A stretch of 64,000 nt of DNA, taken from the NCBI GenBank assembly GCA_963847445.1, contig CAWJZV010000042.1, forward strand, positions 162,726 to 226,725, given 5' to 3'. Shown piece after piece: positions 31,032 to 43,526 of the stretch. Within the stretch, counting starts at the first letter, position 1; the number at the start of each line of letters is the position of its first letter. The stretch is from an uncultured delta proteobacterium (GTDB lineage: Bacteria > Desulfobacterota > Binatia > UBA9968). The translations under genes were made by a program, and so were the position numbers. The notes below the pieces were generated by a model. That model worked only from the letters and a program-made list of their open reading frames with translations. It was not told the DNA's origin and ran no database searches.

Positions 31032-32755
31032 ATGACAGTCAATGGATGGATTCAGATTCTGCTCTATGCGGCGATCATTTTCGCCATCACCAAGCCGCTC
31101 GGCAGCTATATGTATCGTGTTTTCGAGGGCGAGCGGCAACCTTTGCCGCGCCTGTTCGGCGCGATCGAACGGTTGCTCTACAAGCTTTGCGGCGTCGATC
31201 CGAAGGAGCACCAGGACTGGAAGCAGTACACCGTAGCGATGCTGGTGTTCAGCGCGATCACGTTGCTGGTGACCTACGGCATCGAGCGGTTGCAGCATGT
31301 TTTGCCGTTGAATCCGCAGAATTTTGGCCCGGTACCTGCGGACCTCGCTTTCAACACGGCGGCGAGCTTTACGACTAATACCAACTGGCAAGCGTACAGC
31401 GGCGAGTCGACGATGAGCTATCTGACTCAGATGGCGGGTCTCGCCTGGCATAATTTCATCTCCGCCGCCGTCGGCATCGGCATAGCGCTGGCGTTGGCGC
31501 GCGGCATCACCTATCGCTTGCAGGCGGGCGCGGCGAAGACGCTGGGCAATTTCTGGGTCGATCTGGTGCGCGCCACGGTGTACGTCTTGATTCCTATATC
31601 TATTCCGGTGGCATTGCTGCTGGTCTCCCAGGGAGTGATTCAAAACTTTTCTTCTTACGTCGAAGTGACGACCCTGGAGGGTGTCAAACAAACCCTAGCT
31701 ATGGGTCCGGTGGCTTCGCAGGAAGTCATCAAGGAATTGGGCACCAATGGCGGCGGTTTTTTTAACGCCAACAGCGCCCATCCGTTCGAGAATCCAACGC
31801 CCCTGACTAACTTGATCGAGATGCTGTTAATCTTCGCGATTCCGGCGGGGCTGACTTACACGTTCGGTCGCATGGCGCGCGACCAGAAACAAGGTTGGGC
31901 GATCTTCGCGGCAATGGCCGTGCTTTTCTTCGTGGGCGTGACGACGGCGTATCGCTTCGAAGCCGCCGGCAATCCGATTATGCAGTGGTATGGCTGTCAA
32001 TCAATCGTTAGGGAACATGGAAGGAAAGGAAGTCCGTTTCGGTGTCGCTAACTCGGCGCTCTTCGCCACGATCACCACCGGCGCTTCATGCGGCGCGGTT
32101 AATTCAATGCACGATAGTTTTACCTCCATCGGCGGCCTCGTGCCGCTGGTCAACATCCAACTTGGCGAAGTCATCTTCGGCGGCGTCGGCGCCGGGCTGT
32201 ACGGCATGTTGGTGATGGTCTTGTTGTCGGTTTTCATCGCCGGCTCTGATGGTCGGTCGGACCCCTGAATACTTGGGCAAGAAGATCGAGGCGCGGGAGA
32301 TGAAGTTGGCGATGCTTTACATTCTCATTTTCCCCCTCGTCATCCTGGTTTTTTCGGGGTGGTCGGTTGCCGCGCCTTACGGTGTTTCATCTTTGAACAA
32401 TGCCGGACCCCACGGTTTGAGTGAAATCCTCTACGCATTTACCAGCGCGACCGGCAACAATGGTTCGGCTTTCGCCGGACTGAACGCGAACACTCCTTGG
32501 TACAACGTAACGCTGGGCTTGGCGATGCTTCTGGGGCGCTTCTTGATGATCGTGCCTGCCCTGGCGATCGCCGGCTCTCTGGTCGGCAAGAAGGCTGTAG
32601 CGGAAAGCCTCGGCACTTTCCCGACGAACGGGACTCTCTTCGTCGTCTTGCTTGTTGGTGTGATTGTGATCGTCGGGGCATTGACTTTCTTCCCCGCGCT
32701 GGCGCTTGGGCCCATCGTCGAACATTTTCTAGCTCAGGCAGGAAAGGTTTACTAA
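31032..32755 (+). CDS. kdpA: K+-transporting ATPase subunit A (two indels)
   Basis: [39 protein letters not shown] selectivity-filter motifs. Confidence 0.95.
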
Positions 32756-32756
32756 C

Positions 32757-34816
32757 ATGGCAGATACTCGCTTAAAAGATCGTTCGCTTTTCGATCCAGA
32801 AATTGTCCGGCCGGCGGTGTGGGAGAGCTTCCGCAAACTCGCGCCGCAGCATGTGATCAAAAACCCGGTCATGTTCGTCGTCGAGATCGCCAGCGTGCTG
32901 ACGACTTTGATTTTGCTGCGCGACCTGGCTGGTCCGACTGCCGGATCTCAGCCGCTGTGGTTCACCTTCAACGTCAGCTTCTGGCTGTGGTTCACGGTAA
33001 TCTTCGCCAACTTCGCCGAGGCGGTTGCCGAAGGCCGAGGTAAGGCCCAGGCTGCCACTTTGCGCAAGATGCGCCAGGAAACCAACGCGCGGCGCTTGAT
33101 CAACGGCAACCGTGAAGAAACCGTGCCCGCGTCGGCGTTGCGCAAAGGAGATAGCGTCGTCGTCGAAGCCGGCGAGATCATTCCCGGCGACGGCGACGTG
33201 ATCCAGGGTATCGCCTCGGTCGATGAATCGGCGATCACCGGCGAATCCGCTCCGGTCATTCGCGAGAGCGGCGGCGATCGTTCGGCGGTCACCGGCGGCA
33301 CCAAAGTGTTGTCCGACCGCATCGTCGTGCGCATCACGGCGAGCCCGGGCGAATCTTTTCTCGATCGCATGATCGCTTTGGTCGAAGGCGCTTCGCGGCA
33401 AAAAACCCCGAATGAAATTGCCCTCAATATTTTGCTCGCTGGATTGACGATCGTTTTTCTATTTGCTTGCGTGACGCTCGTGCCGATGGCGCTTTATTCG
33501 GGCGTTGCGGTCGTCTCCGTGACAGTGATCGTGGCTTTGCTGGTTTGCTTGATTCCGACGACGATCGGCGGACTGCTTTCCGCCATCGGCATCGCCGGCA
33601 TCGACCGTTTGCTGCGGAAAAATGTCTTGGCGATGAGCGGGCGCGCCGTCGAAGCCGCGGGCGACGTGGATACGTTGTTGTTGGATAAAACCGGGACGAT
33701 CACCTTGGGCAATCGCATGGCGACCGAATTCATTCCGGTCGACGGCGCCAGGGCGGAGACGTTGGCGGATGCGGCGCAGCTTTCTAGCCTGGCGGACGAA
33801 ACCCCGGAAGGGCGATCGATTGTCGTGCTCGCCAAGGAAAAATACGGACTCCGCGGTCGCGACGTGACCGAGATCGGCGCGCATTTTATTCCGTTTAGCG
33901 CTGAAACCCGCATGAGCGGCTGCGATCTCAATGGACGCAAGATCCGCAAGGGGGCGGTTGATGCGATCGCCGCCTATGTCCAGGAATTGGGTGGAACGGT
34001 GGGTTCGCAAGTCGAGGGCATCACCCATGGAATCTCGGACACCGGCGGCACGCCGCTGGTGGTCGCCGAGGGAAACAAAATTCTCGGCGTGATTCATTTG
34101 AAGGACGTGGTGAAAGGTGGCATCAAGGAACGCTTTGAGCGCTTTCGCGCCATGGGCATTCGCACGGTGATGATCACCGGCGACAATCCGCGCACCGCGG
34201 CGGCCATCGCCCGCGAAGCCGGCGTGGACGATTTTCTCGCCGAAGCGACGCCGGAAGCAAAGATGCGGCTCATCAAAGAAGAGCAAGCCAAGGGCAAAGC
34301 TGGTTGCCATGACCGGCGACGGCACCAACGATGCGCCGGCCTTGGCGCAGGCCGACGTTGGCGTGGCAATGAACACCGGCACGCAAGCGGCGAAAGAAGC
34401 CGGCAACATGGTCGACTTGGATTCCAATCCGACCAAGCTGCTTGAAGTGGTCGAGATCGGCAAACAGATGCTGATGACGCGCGGCGTGCTGACAACCTTT
34501 TCGATCGCCAACGACGTGGCGAAGTATTTCGCGATTATTCCCGCCATGTTCATGGGTGTTTACCCGGAGATCGCGCCGCTTAAACATCATGCATCTGGCG
34601 TCGCCCCAGAGCGCGATTCTCGCGGCGGTTATATTTAACGCTCTTATTATCATTGCACTCATTCCCCTGGCGCTAAGCGGCGTGCAGTACCGCCCCATCG
34701 GCGCCGGCCCGTTGCTGGCGCGTTCTTTGTTGATTTATGGCGTCGGCGGAGTCGTCGCGCCTTTTATCGGTATCAAACTGATCGATTTGGTTTTGGAAGC
34801 TGTCGGACTTGTCTAG
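32757..34816 (+). CDS. kdpB: K+-transporting ATPase subunit B (two indels)
   Basis: NPVMF, TGES, CLIPTT, DKTGT, KGA, MITGDN, GDGTND P-type ATPase motifs. Confidence 0.95.
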
Positions 34817-34827
34817 GAGACGAATCT

Positions 34828-35437
34828 ATGAAAACCTATTCGGCTATCGCGTTCGAACTACGATCGTCACACTTGTTCTAACCGGACTTCTTTATCCCTT
34901 CGTGATGACCGGACTCGCTCAGGTCCTTTTCCCATGGCGCGCCAACGGCAGCTTGGTGACAGACGAAAAAGGCCAAGTCGTCGGCTCGGAGTTGATTGGC
35001 CAAGGGTTTGTCAATCCGGCTTACTTTCAGCCGCGGCCATCGGCGGCAGGCGAGAAGGGCTATGATGCGACCGCGTCGTCCGGCTCCAATCTCGGTCCGA
35101 CTTCGAAGAAGTTGCAGGACCGCATCAACGATGACCTCAAACGGCTGAAGGCAGAAAATCCGGACGCTGCCGGACCCATCCCCGCTGAACTTGTTACTGC
35201 GTCGGCCAGCGGACTCGATCCCCATCTCTCGCCTGAAGCGATGCTATGGCAGGCGCCGCGAGTGGCGAAAGCACGCGGCGTCAGCTGCGGAGCGGGTAAA
35301 AGCCGTCGTCGATGCGCATGTGGAAGGGAGAACCTTCGGCATCTTGGGCGAACCGCAGAGTCAATGTGCTGATGGTCAATCTGGCGCTCGATCGGCAGTT
35401 CGGCCGACCGGCTACGCTGCCGGTTCAAGAGAAATAG
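34828..35437 (+). CDS. kdpC: K+-transporting ATPase subunit C (indels)
   Basis: [40 protein letters not shown]. Confidence 0.92.
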
Positions 35438-35471
35438 GAAATAGTTGACCAGTTGAATCCTGAGCTATCCG

Positions 35472-36629
35472 ATGGCAACAGAACATAAACGGCCTGAAGA
35501 TTTTCTCGAGCTGGTCGAACGCGCCAAGCGCGGCCGTCTCAAGGTTTACATCGGCTCGGCCGCGGGCGTTGGGAAAACTTACCAGATGCTCGAGGAGGCG
35601 CATGCCTTGCAGAAGCGCGGGGTGGATGTGGTATTGGGTTTCATCGAACCCCATGACCGGCTCGATACCGCGGCGCTAATCGAGGGACTCGAAGTGGTGC
35701 CGCGCCAGCGGGTTGAGTATCGCGGCGTGATTGTCGAAGAGATGGACTTGGACGCCGTTCTCAAGCGCCGTCCACAGTGGCGATCGTCGATGAGCTAGCG
35801 CATACCAACGCGCCCTTTTGCCGCAACAAGAAGCGCTATCAGGACGTGTTGGAACTGCTCGACGCCGGCATCAACGTCATTTGCGCTTTCAACGTGCAAC
35901 ATCTCGAGAGTCTCAACGACATGGTGAAGCAAGCCACTGGCGTAGTCGTTCGCGAGACGGTTCCTGACTCGATCCTGAAGCGGGCCGACCAGGTCGTCGA
36001 TATCGATCTAGCCGTCGAAGATCTCATCGACCGCCTTAAAGCGGGCAAAATCTATGCGCCGGACAAGGTTGGTTGGGCGCTGGAAAACTTTTTTCAGCCG
36101 GAAAAACTCGCGGTACTGCGGGAAATCGCCCTGCGCGAAGTGGCGGAAAGCGTCGATCGCGCGGTTTCAGCAAAAGCTGACGACGACGATGCCGGGCGCA
36201 GAGCAGCCGCCAGCGAACGGGTGATGGTTTGTCTACCCACTCGCCCGCCGCCTCATGGCGTCCTGTTGCTCAGGCAGGGATCGCGCTTGGCCGGACGCTT
36301 GAACACGGATTGGTTTGTCGTTCACGTGGAAACCAAAAGCGAAGCCGGCCACCGCATCGACGCGACGCTGCAGCGCCATCTTTTGGAAGACGAACAAAGG
36401 GCCAGGGACCTGGGCGCCGAAGTCGTGCGGCTGAGGTCGGAAAAGCCGGTCGACAGCGCTGCTCGAATTTGCCCGCGAGCATGGTGTTCGCCACATCGTC
36501 GTTGGACGTTCGCACAAATCATGGTGGCGTCGTCTGTTAGGTCAATCGCCGGTGTTTAAGCTGGTCACCGAGGCGGTCGGTTTCGATCTCCATATCGTGT
36601 CATTGGAAGATCAGGAGAGTAAGGAATGA
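35472..36629 (+). CDS. kdpD: Stand-alone KdpD N-terminal domain plus USP domain (no TM, GAF or kinase part; two indels)
   Basis: RGRLKVYIGSAAGVGKTYQML, VDELAHTN, NVQHLESLND, GKIY, LREIALR, then USP-like region; stop overlaps next ATG. Confidence 0.88.
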
Positions 36630-38487
36630 ACCTCTACAAAAAACTTTTGCTGGCGCAAAGTCCGATCGCGCTGGCGCTGGTGAGCCTGGGGATTTTTTCG
36701 GTGGTGGCGATCTCGTATCTAGGGCTCGCACTCGCAGACGATCTTGAAGGACAATTACCGCAGCGTACTTGCGGCACAGCGAATGAAAGAGGCCATCGAA
36801 CGGCTGGACAGCGCGGCGCTTTTTCTGGTCGGCGGGCCAGATATGAAAAAGGGGTCCAACAGGCGGCAAAATACCGGCCCATCTTCGAGGCCGAGCTCAA
36901 AGTTCAGGAAAGCAATATTACCGAGGCTGGGGAAAAGGAGTTTACCGCGGGACTGCGCGCCGCGTGGACGGATTATCAAGCTAAGTTCGATCGTTTTCAG
37001 GCAACTGCAAGTACCGATGAGATACGGCGACTTTATTTCTCCGAGCTCGAAGCGGCATTCTATAAAGTCAAAGCCTCCGCCGACGAGATCCTGGCGATCA
37101 ATCAAGACACCATGGTGCGCAAGAGCGACGACGTGCGGCGCACCGGCGAGCGCATGAATGCGATCAGCGTTACGGTGGCGCTGGTGGCTTTGGCACTGGG
37201 ACTCCTGGTCTCGACGTTGTTGACTCGTCGCCTGCTGCAGCCGCTCTCGGCGCTCAGCGAAGCGACGCGCAAAATCGGCGAAGGTAATTTCGACGCTCGC
37301 GCCCGCGTGCACGGGCACGACGAACTGGCGCGCTTGGCGCGCGATTTTAACGCCATGGCGGCGCGTTTGGCAGAGTATCGTAAAAGCTCCCTGGGAGATT
37401 TGCTGCAAGCCCACTTGAGCATGCAGGCGGCCATCGATAGTATTCCCGACCCCGTGGCGATTTTCAGTGTGGAAGGCAGTTTGCAAAATGTTAACCAGGC
37501 TGCGGAAACGTTGCTCGGACTCAAAAGCGATTCATCGTCTAGAGATCCACTCAAGAGTGTTCATGCTTCGACCGCTGCAGTGCTCGAACGGGTTCGCAGC
37601 CATGTGCTCAGCGGCAAAGGGGCGTATTCTCCCAGGGGTTTTGAGGATGCGGTGCAACTCACCTCGCTTTTGGGCGATCGTTATTTTCTGCCCCGCGGGG
37701 CACCGGTTTATGAGGACGCGCGGTGTAATCGTCGGGGCTACGGTAATCCTGCAGGACGTCACCCGCTTGCGCCGCTTCGAGGAACTCAAAAATGATTTAG
37801 TCGCCACCGTCGCGCACGAATTTCGCACACCGCTTACCTCGCTGCGCATGGCGGTTCATCTTTGCACCGAGCAGGTGGCGGGACCGCTCACCGACAAGCA
37901 GGCCGAGCTGCTCCACGCCGCGCGTGAGGATTGTGATCGGTTGCAGGGCATGGTCGACGATTTCTTGGATCTCTCTCGGATCGAGTCCGGACGCGTCGAA
38001 CTGTATCCGTTGCCCACCAAAGTATCCGGTCTCATCATGGACGCTGTCGATGAATATAAGGCCGATGCGGACGCCCAAGGCGTGATCCTGAGCGCTGAGG
38101 TTTCGCTTCATGAGTTGAGCGTGTTAGCGGATCACGATCGTATTCGGCCATGTGTTTTCCAATCTGATCGGCAATGCGGTGCGGCATACGCCGAAGGGCG
38201 GGAGTATCACGTTAGGTGCGGAAGGCGTCGACGGTTCCGTGCGTTTTACTGTAGCCGATACCGGTACGGGAATTCCCAAGGAATACCAAGAGCGAATCTT
38301 TGAAAAATTTTATCGAGCCCCGGAATCGGGACCGAAGGGTACCGGCCTAGGACTTTATATTGCCAAGGAAATTGTCCGCGCCCACGGCGGTGAAATCGGT
38401 GTGGAAAGCGAGCCCGGAAAGGGGAGCCGCTTTTGGTTTACCTTGCCCTCAGCGTCAAAAACCGCCTCGAAAGGAGTTCTGCCATGA
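36626..38487 (+). CDS. Membrane sensor histidine kinase (periplasmic helical sensor, HAMP, PAS-like, HisKA, HATPase; KinB-like; indels)
   Basis: [69 protein letters not shown]. Confidence 0.85.
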
Positions 38488-39125
38488 TGGAATCAAAATC
38501 GCGGATTCTGGTGGCCGACGACGAACGGAATATTCGCAAAAACTTAGCGATGGTCCTGGAGGCAGCGGGTTATCTGGTCGATGTGGCCAAGGACGGTGAC
38601 GAAGCTTTGGATCTGTGCAAAAATAACCACCCCGACATCGCATTTGTCGATCTGCATATGCCGAAAATGGCCGGTCTCGACGTACTCGCAAATATCCGCG
38701 CTCTCAGTCCCAAGACAGCGGTGGTGATTGTTACCGCCTATGGTTCGGCGGCCAACGCCGTGCAAGCCATGAAGCTCGGCGCGGTGGAATTCTTGGAGAA
38801 GCCCTTCGACCCCAAGGTGATTGGGCTATTGGCGGAGGAAATTCTTTTCCGCCAGCGGCTGGGATCGGGCGTTTCATTCGACGATCTCATGCACTTGGCG
38901 GAACTCGCGCGCGAGCGCAAGGCCAACATCGAAGCGCGTGCTTATCTCAAGGCGGCGATGTCACGGGCGCTCGATCGGCCGGAGCCTTACTACTGGTTGG
39001 GTTTTCTGTGCGAGAAGGAAGGGGACGAAAGGCGCGCCGTGCAGTATTATTATATGGCGATCACCGCGGACCATTCCTATGAAGCCGCGACCGCCGCCTT
39101 GAAGCGGCTCGGCAAGCTGCATTGA
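38484..39125 (+). CDS. Response regulator: receiver domain plus TPR-like helical tail
   Basis: ILVADDE, FVDLHMP, VTAYGS, FLEKPF; C-terminal [24 protein letters not shown]. Confidence 0.8.
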   Translation: MMESKSRILVADDERNIRKNLAMVLEAAGYLVDVAKDGDEALDLCKNNHPDIAFVDLHMPKMAGLDVLANIRALSPKTAVVIVTAYGSAANAVQAMKLGAVEFLEKPFDPKVIGLLAEEILFRQRLGSGVSFDDLMHLAELARERKANIEARAYLKAAMSRALDRPEPYYWLGFLCEKEGDERRAVQYYYMAITADHSYEAATAALKRLGKLH

Positions 39126-39132
39126 TGCAGGT

Positions 39133-40505
39133 TCAGCTCTCGTATTTCTTTCGTTTGCGCCAAAGCGTCGAACTATCGATGCCGAGAACTGCCGCCGCGT
39201 CGTCCAAGGTCGGCGAGCGGCCGACGACGCGAGCGATATGTTCGCGCTCGATGTCCTCCAAGGAGAAGTTTCCACCGACCTGCGGCGCTTCGGCTGACTT
39301 AACCTGCGCGGCAATGTGCGCGGGAAAGGCTTGCGGCTCGATCACCTGGGCGGGCCAAAGAATCACTGCTCGTTCAACGGTGTTTCTGAGCTCGCGTACA
39401 TTGCCGGGCCAGTGATAAGAGGTGAGGGCATCTTCCGCCGCTTTCGATAACTCCGGCGTCTGGCGTCGCGCCGAGCGCGCGAAGAACAATAGAAAGCGCT
39501 GCGCCAGACGCAGGATATCTTCGGGCCGTTCGCCGCAGTGGCGGCAACTCCAATTCGATCACGTTTAGACGGTAGAGCAGATCTTCGCGAAACAATCCCT
39601 GGCGCATCAACTCTTCAAGATCACGGTTGGTGGCGGCAAGGGTGCGAACGTCGGCGTGCCTGGTTTTGTTTTCGCCGAGCCGATCGAATTCCTTTTCCTC
39701 GATGAAACGCAATAGTTTTGCTTGCAGGGACGGTGAGATGTCGCCGATCTCATCGAGAAATAGCGTCCCACCCTCGGCGGCCTCGACGCGCCCTGGCTGA
39801 TCGCGCACGGCGCCGGTGAAGGCCCCCTTTGGCGTGGCCGAACAGTTCGCTGGCGAGCAACTCCTCGGATAAGGTCGGGCAATTGACCACAACGAACGGT
39901 TGCCGACTGCGCGGACTCAGCGAATGAATCCAGCGGGCGAGCACGCTCTTGCCGGTGCCGCTCTCGCCGCGAAGCAAAACCGGCGCGTCTGATGCGGCTA
40001 CTTTCGTGGCGATTTCAAATACCGCGCGGACTTTGGGCGAGTCGGATTCCAGATCGGTCTCCGGCGCGGCCTCGCGCAGGCGGCCTTCCAGGTCGGTGAG
40101 TTGTCTTTTTATATCGCGTTGTTTGACGCTCTGATCGACGAGGTGGCGAATCTGCGCCGGGGTGAATGGCTTGGCGAGATAATCGGCGGCGCCGCGTTTG
40201 ATCGCTTCGACGGCGCTGTCGACGGTTGCGTAGGCGGTCACTATCACCACCATCAGGTTAGGACAGACGGCGATAAGTTTCGGAATGAGATCGAGACCGC
40301 TCGATTGGCCGAGACGGACATCGAGGAACGCTAAATCGTAAGCTTGTTGGCTGAGCGCGTCCAAGGCGCCGTCGGCAGAGGCTACCGCGGTTACCTGACA
40401 GCCGGCTTGTTCGAGACAAAACGCAAGGGTGGTGCGAATATTTTTTTCGTCATCGATGACGAGCACGCGAAGCTTTATGCCGGATGGTGAAATGTTGGAG
40501 CCCAC
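39133..40505 (-). CDS. Sigma-54-dependent response regulator (NtrC/AlgB-like; indels)
   Basis: Receiver domain, [45 protein letters not shown], Fis-type HTH. Confidence 0.92.
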
Positions 40506-40667
40506 GGTGTCGCCCTGTTGGGCGCACTATGCTACCGCGGCGGCGTCGATGCAAGCGACAAAGTCTGAAGACGAAACACCAATAGTTCTTCGATCGACCG
40601 CGTGGAGTGGGCGATGGTGTGGACGGTTCGGTTTCCTTCGCAGTTCATTTGGGCTCGCTTCTCTCGC

Positions 40668-40756
40668 GTTCCAATCGTTCCATGGGTTCCAAAGGTTCCA
40701 GATGTTATTCGGAATCCGCCCGTTGACCGATTGGAACGTCTGGAACTATTGGAACC
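40668..40756. repeat. Inverted pair of 9-nt-period GTTCCA repeats
   Basis: gttccaatcgttccatgggttccaaaggttcca ... ttggaacgtctggaactattggaacc. Confidence 0.75.
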
Positions 40757-40795
40757 GGCGTCGTAGACGGCGTTGATGAATGCTATCATTGGCGA

Positions 40796-42034
40796 ATGTG
40801 GCATTCGATCCCGCTGACGCTTTTCTGGTTTGCCTATTTCGGCTCTCTGGGTGTTTTCTATCCTTACTTTGCTCTCTATCTCCGTGAGAACGCCGGTTTG
40901 ACCGGCACGCAAGTCGGCATGGTGTTGGCGATCTCGCCGTTGATCGGCATGATCGCTCAACCGTTTTGGGGACAGGTAGCGGACCGCACCGGCGCGCGCA
41001 CGCGGGTGTTGGCGTTTCTCACGCTGGGGACGGCGCTGGGCTATCTCGGTCTCGGCGCGGCGACCAGTTTTCAGTCGATCTTGCTGGCGACCTCGGCGCT
41101 GGCCCTGGTCGGCACGGCGGTGTTTCCACTGATGACTTCGGTGAGCCTGGCGATCTTGCGCGATTCCGGGCGCCATGCGTTCGGCCGGGTGCGCGGCTGG
41201 GGCACCATCGGTTACTTCATTCTGGTTCTGGTCTTTCCGTGGGCGCTCACCGTGTATCAGCCGCCGGTGCAATCCGCCGTTGCCGCGGCGAACGTATCAC
41301 AGCCGGGCATGGGCTTGATGTTTCCGCTGACCGCGTCCTTGGTGTTGATCGCGGCGCTGATTGCGTTTCTGTTGCCGCAAAAAGGCGCGGTGGGATTGCG
41401 TGCCGAGCGCGGCGATTGGCGCGAGCTGTTGCGCAATCGGGCCTTTTTTCGCTTTCTCTGTTTTTCCCTGCTTGGCCACTTCCTCATGCATGGGCCGATG
41501 TGGTTGTTTCCGATTTTCATCCGCTCCCGCGGCGGCGATTTGACGACGATCCGCAACATGTGGATTCTCATGCTGATCGTCGAAGTGCCGTTGGTCTTTC
41601 TCACCGGCAGCGGGCTGAAGCGGTTGGGCGCGCGCGGCCTGTTGACCGTCGGCGTGACCGTGGGCGGCCTGCGTTGGATCCTGTCGGCGCTGATCACCGA
41701 CCCGATGATTTTGTTCGCCGTCCAGGCGCTGCATGGCGTCATGGTCGTCGGCTTCAACCTTGGCAGCCCGCTCTACTTGGATGTGGTCGCACCGGAGAAA
41801 TTGCGCTCGACGGCGCAAGGCATACTCTCCATGGTCGGCAGCGGCTTGGCCGGCATTCTATCCAATCTGACGGCCGGCTGGATGGTCGATCACAGCGGTG
41901 TCAATGTGCTTTATCTCTGGTGCGGCATCGGCTCTTTGACGTTGGGAATCTTGAGCTACTGGATTCTGCCGAATGTCCGACGCCGGCAAGAGGCGCCCAA
42001 GGAAATCGTTCTCGCGACGGAGACGATTACTTAA
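40796..42034 (+). CDS. MFS transporter (MFS_1-like / nucleoside-symporter-like)
   Basis: 12 hydrophobic segments, PFWGQVADRTG, FGRVRGWGTIG, LRSTAQG. Confidence 0.85.
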   Translation: MWHSIPLTLFWFAYFGSLGVFYPYFALYLRENAGLTGTQVGMVLAISPLIGMIAQPFWGQVADRTGARTRVLAFLTLGTALGYLGLGAATSFQSILLATSALALVGTAVFPLMTSVSLAILRDSGRHAFGRVRGWGTIGYFILVLVFPWALTVYQPPVQSAVAAANVSQPGMGLMFPLTASLVLIAALIAFLLPQKGAVGLRAERGDWRELLRNRAFFRFLCFSLLGHFLMHGPMWLFPIFIRSRGGDLTTIRNMWILMLIVEVPLVFLTGSGLKRLGARGLLTVGVTVGGLRWILSALITDPMILFAVQALHGVMVVGFNLGSPLYLDVVAPEKLRSTAQGILSMVGSGLAGILSNLTAGWMVDHSGVNVLYLWCGIGSLTLGILSYWILPNVRRRQEAPKEIVLATETIT

Positions 42035-42160
42035 CTGCGCTGACTCAAAATTACGATACTAACACGTCATGACATCCCCCTCTTTTCAAAATTGATTGTG
42101 CGACAGATACCTTATTGGCTGGACGCGGAGCTGACGAAATGAATCGCTAGCGATGACAGA

Positions 42161-42306
42161 TTCCCCCTTTGGAAAAGGGGGATCAAGGGGGATTTGATTG
42201 TGGTGTGGGGAGGTTTTGTCACAGCAGATCGGCAATCCTCTGCGACGGTGGAGCCGCATGGAGGAAAAAAAATCTCCCCTGGCCCCTCTTTTCCAAAGAG
42301 GGGTAA
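42161..42306. repeat. Inverted CCCCCTTT..AAAGGGGG palindromic element between convergent genes
   Basis: ttccccctttggaaaagggggatcaagggggattt ... aaatctcccctggcccctcttttccaaagaggggtaa. Confidence 0.75.
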
Positions 42307-42450
42307 CAGAGAAATTCCCCCGTATTGAGCGGTTGAGCAAAACTTGTTGTACTTACAACACCCGCCGTGTCCAGCCGAGACTTATGGATAACGATCAGTT
42401 TTCAAAGGGGGGATCATGCGAACCGATAGCTTAGGTTTGGATTACGACGC

Positions 42451-43409
42451 TCAATGCGGCACTCCTGTGTCTTCTGCAACACCGAGCATGAGATTCAAAT
42501 TCTGAATCGCCACGCCGGCGGCGCCCTTGCCGAGATTGTCCAGGCGCGCCATCAGAATGACGTGGCCTGACTGATGCGGCAGGATGCGCAGCGAAATGCG
42601 ATTGGTATCGTTGAATTCTTGCGGATCGAAGCTGGTTTCGTCGCTTTCGCTGGCGTCGGTGAGCGGTTCGACCTCAATGAAAGGTTCTTTGTCGTAACGC
42701 GCGGCCAATGCTTCCCACATCGCTTTGGCCGATCCGGCTTTCGGCAATGAATTCGCCGGAAGCATGATTTGCACACGCATGCCGCAGCGAAACGGCCCGA
42801 CGTTGGGGAGAAACTGCGGTTCAGTGGTCAATTTGCCGTGGCGCATGATCTCCGGGATATGCTTGTGCAGTTTGCCGATGCTGTAGGGCGCCTCGTGCGG
42901 CAGACTGATTAATTTCTTCTTCGGATCTTCCCAGCGTTCGATCAAGGCGCGGCCGCCGCCCGAGTAACCTGACAGCGCGTGGATCGCCAGCGGCGTGTCG
43001 GCGGCGATCAAATCCGGCATCGATGAGCGGCCGGGTGAGCAAGATTACGGCGGATGCATAGCAGCCCGGATTCGCCACCCGTTTCGCCTTGGCGATCTGC
43101 TCCCGCTGGCCGGCGGTCAATTCTGGCAAACCATAAACCCAGCGATCAGCTGACCCGGTGTGCCGTGCTGGCGTCGAGTATGCGCACCGGCGAGTCGGCA
43201 AGCCATGCCGCGGCTTCCTTCGCTGCGTCGTCGGGAAGGCAAAGGAGCACGATGGTTGCGTCTTGCAGCGCCTTTTTTCGCGCCGCAGGGTCTTTGCGCA
43301 GTTCTTCAGGGAGTGTGATGACTTCGAGATCGTGGCGACCTGTGAGCCAGTCGCGAATGCGCAGCGCGGTGGTTCCCGCCTGACCATCGATATAGATTTT
43401 GGCTGGCAT
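42451..43409 (-). CDS. argC: N-acetyl-gamma-glutamyl-phosphate reductase, type 2 (two indels)
   Basis: IYIDGQAGTT, DASTAHR, WVYGLPEL, ANPGCY, SGYSGGG, RLDNLGKGA. Confidence 0.92.
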
Positions 43410-43526
43410 TTGAGAGTCCTTCTAAGTTTGAGCATAAATCTTAGCAGAATTTTATTAACTTGAAATGGCGCGGGCAACTGGCATATACGAATCGTAACCT
43501 GTGTGAAGATAGCGGAGGAGCGCTCG

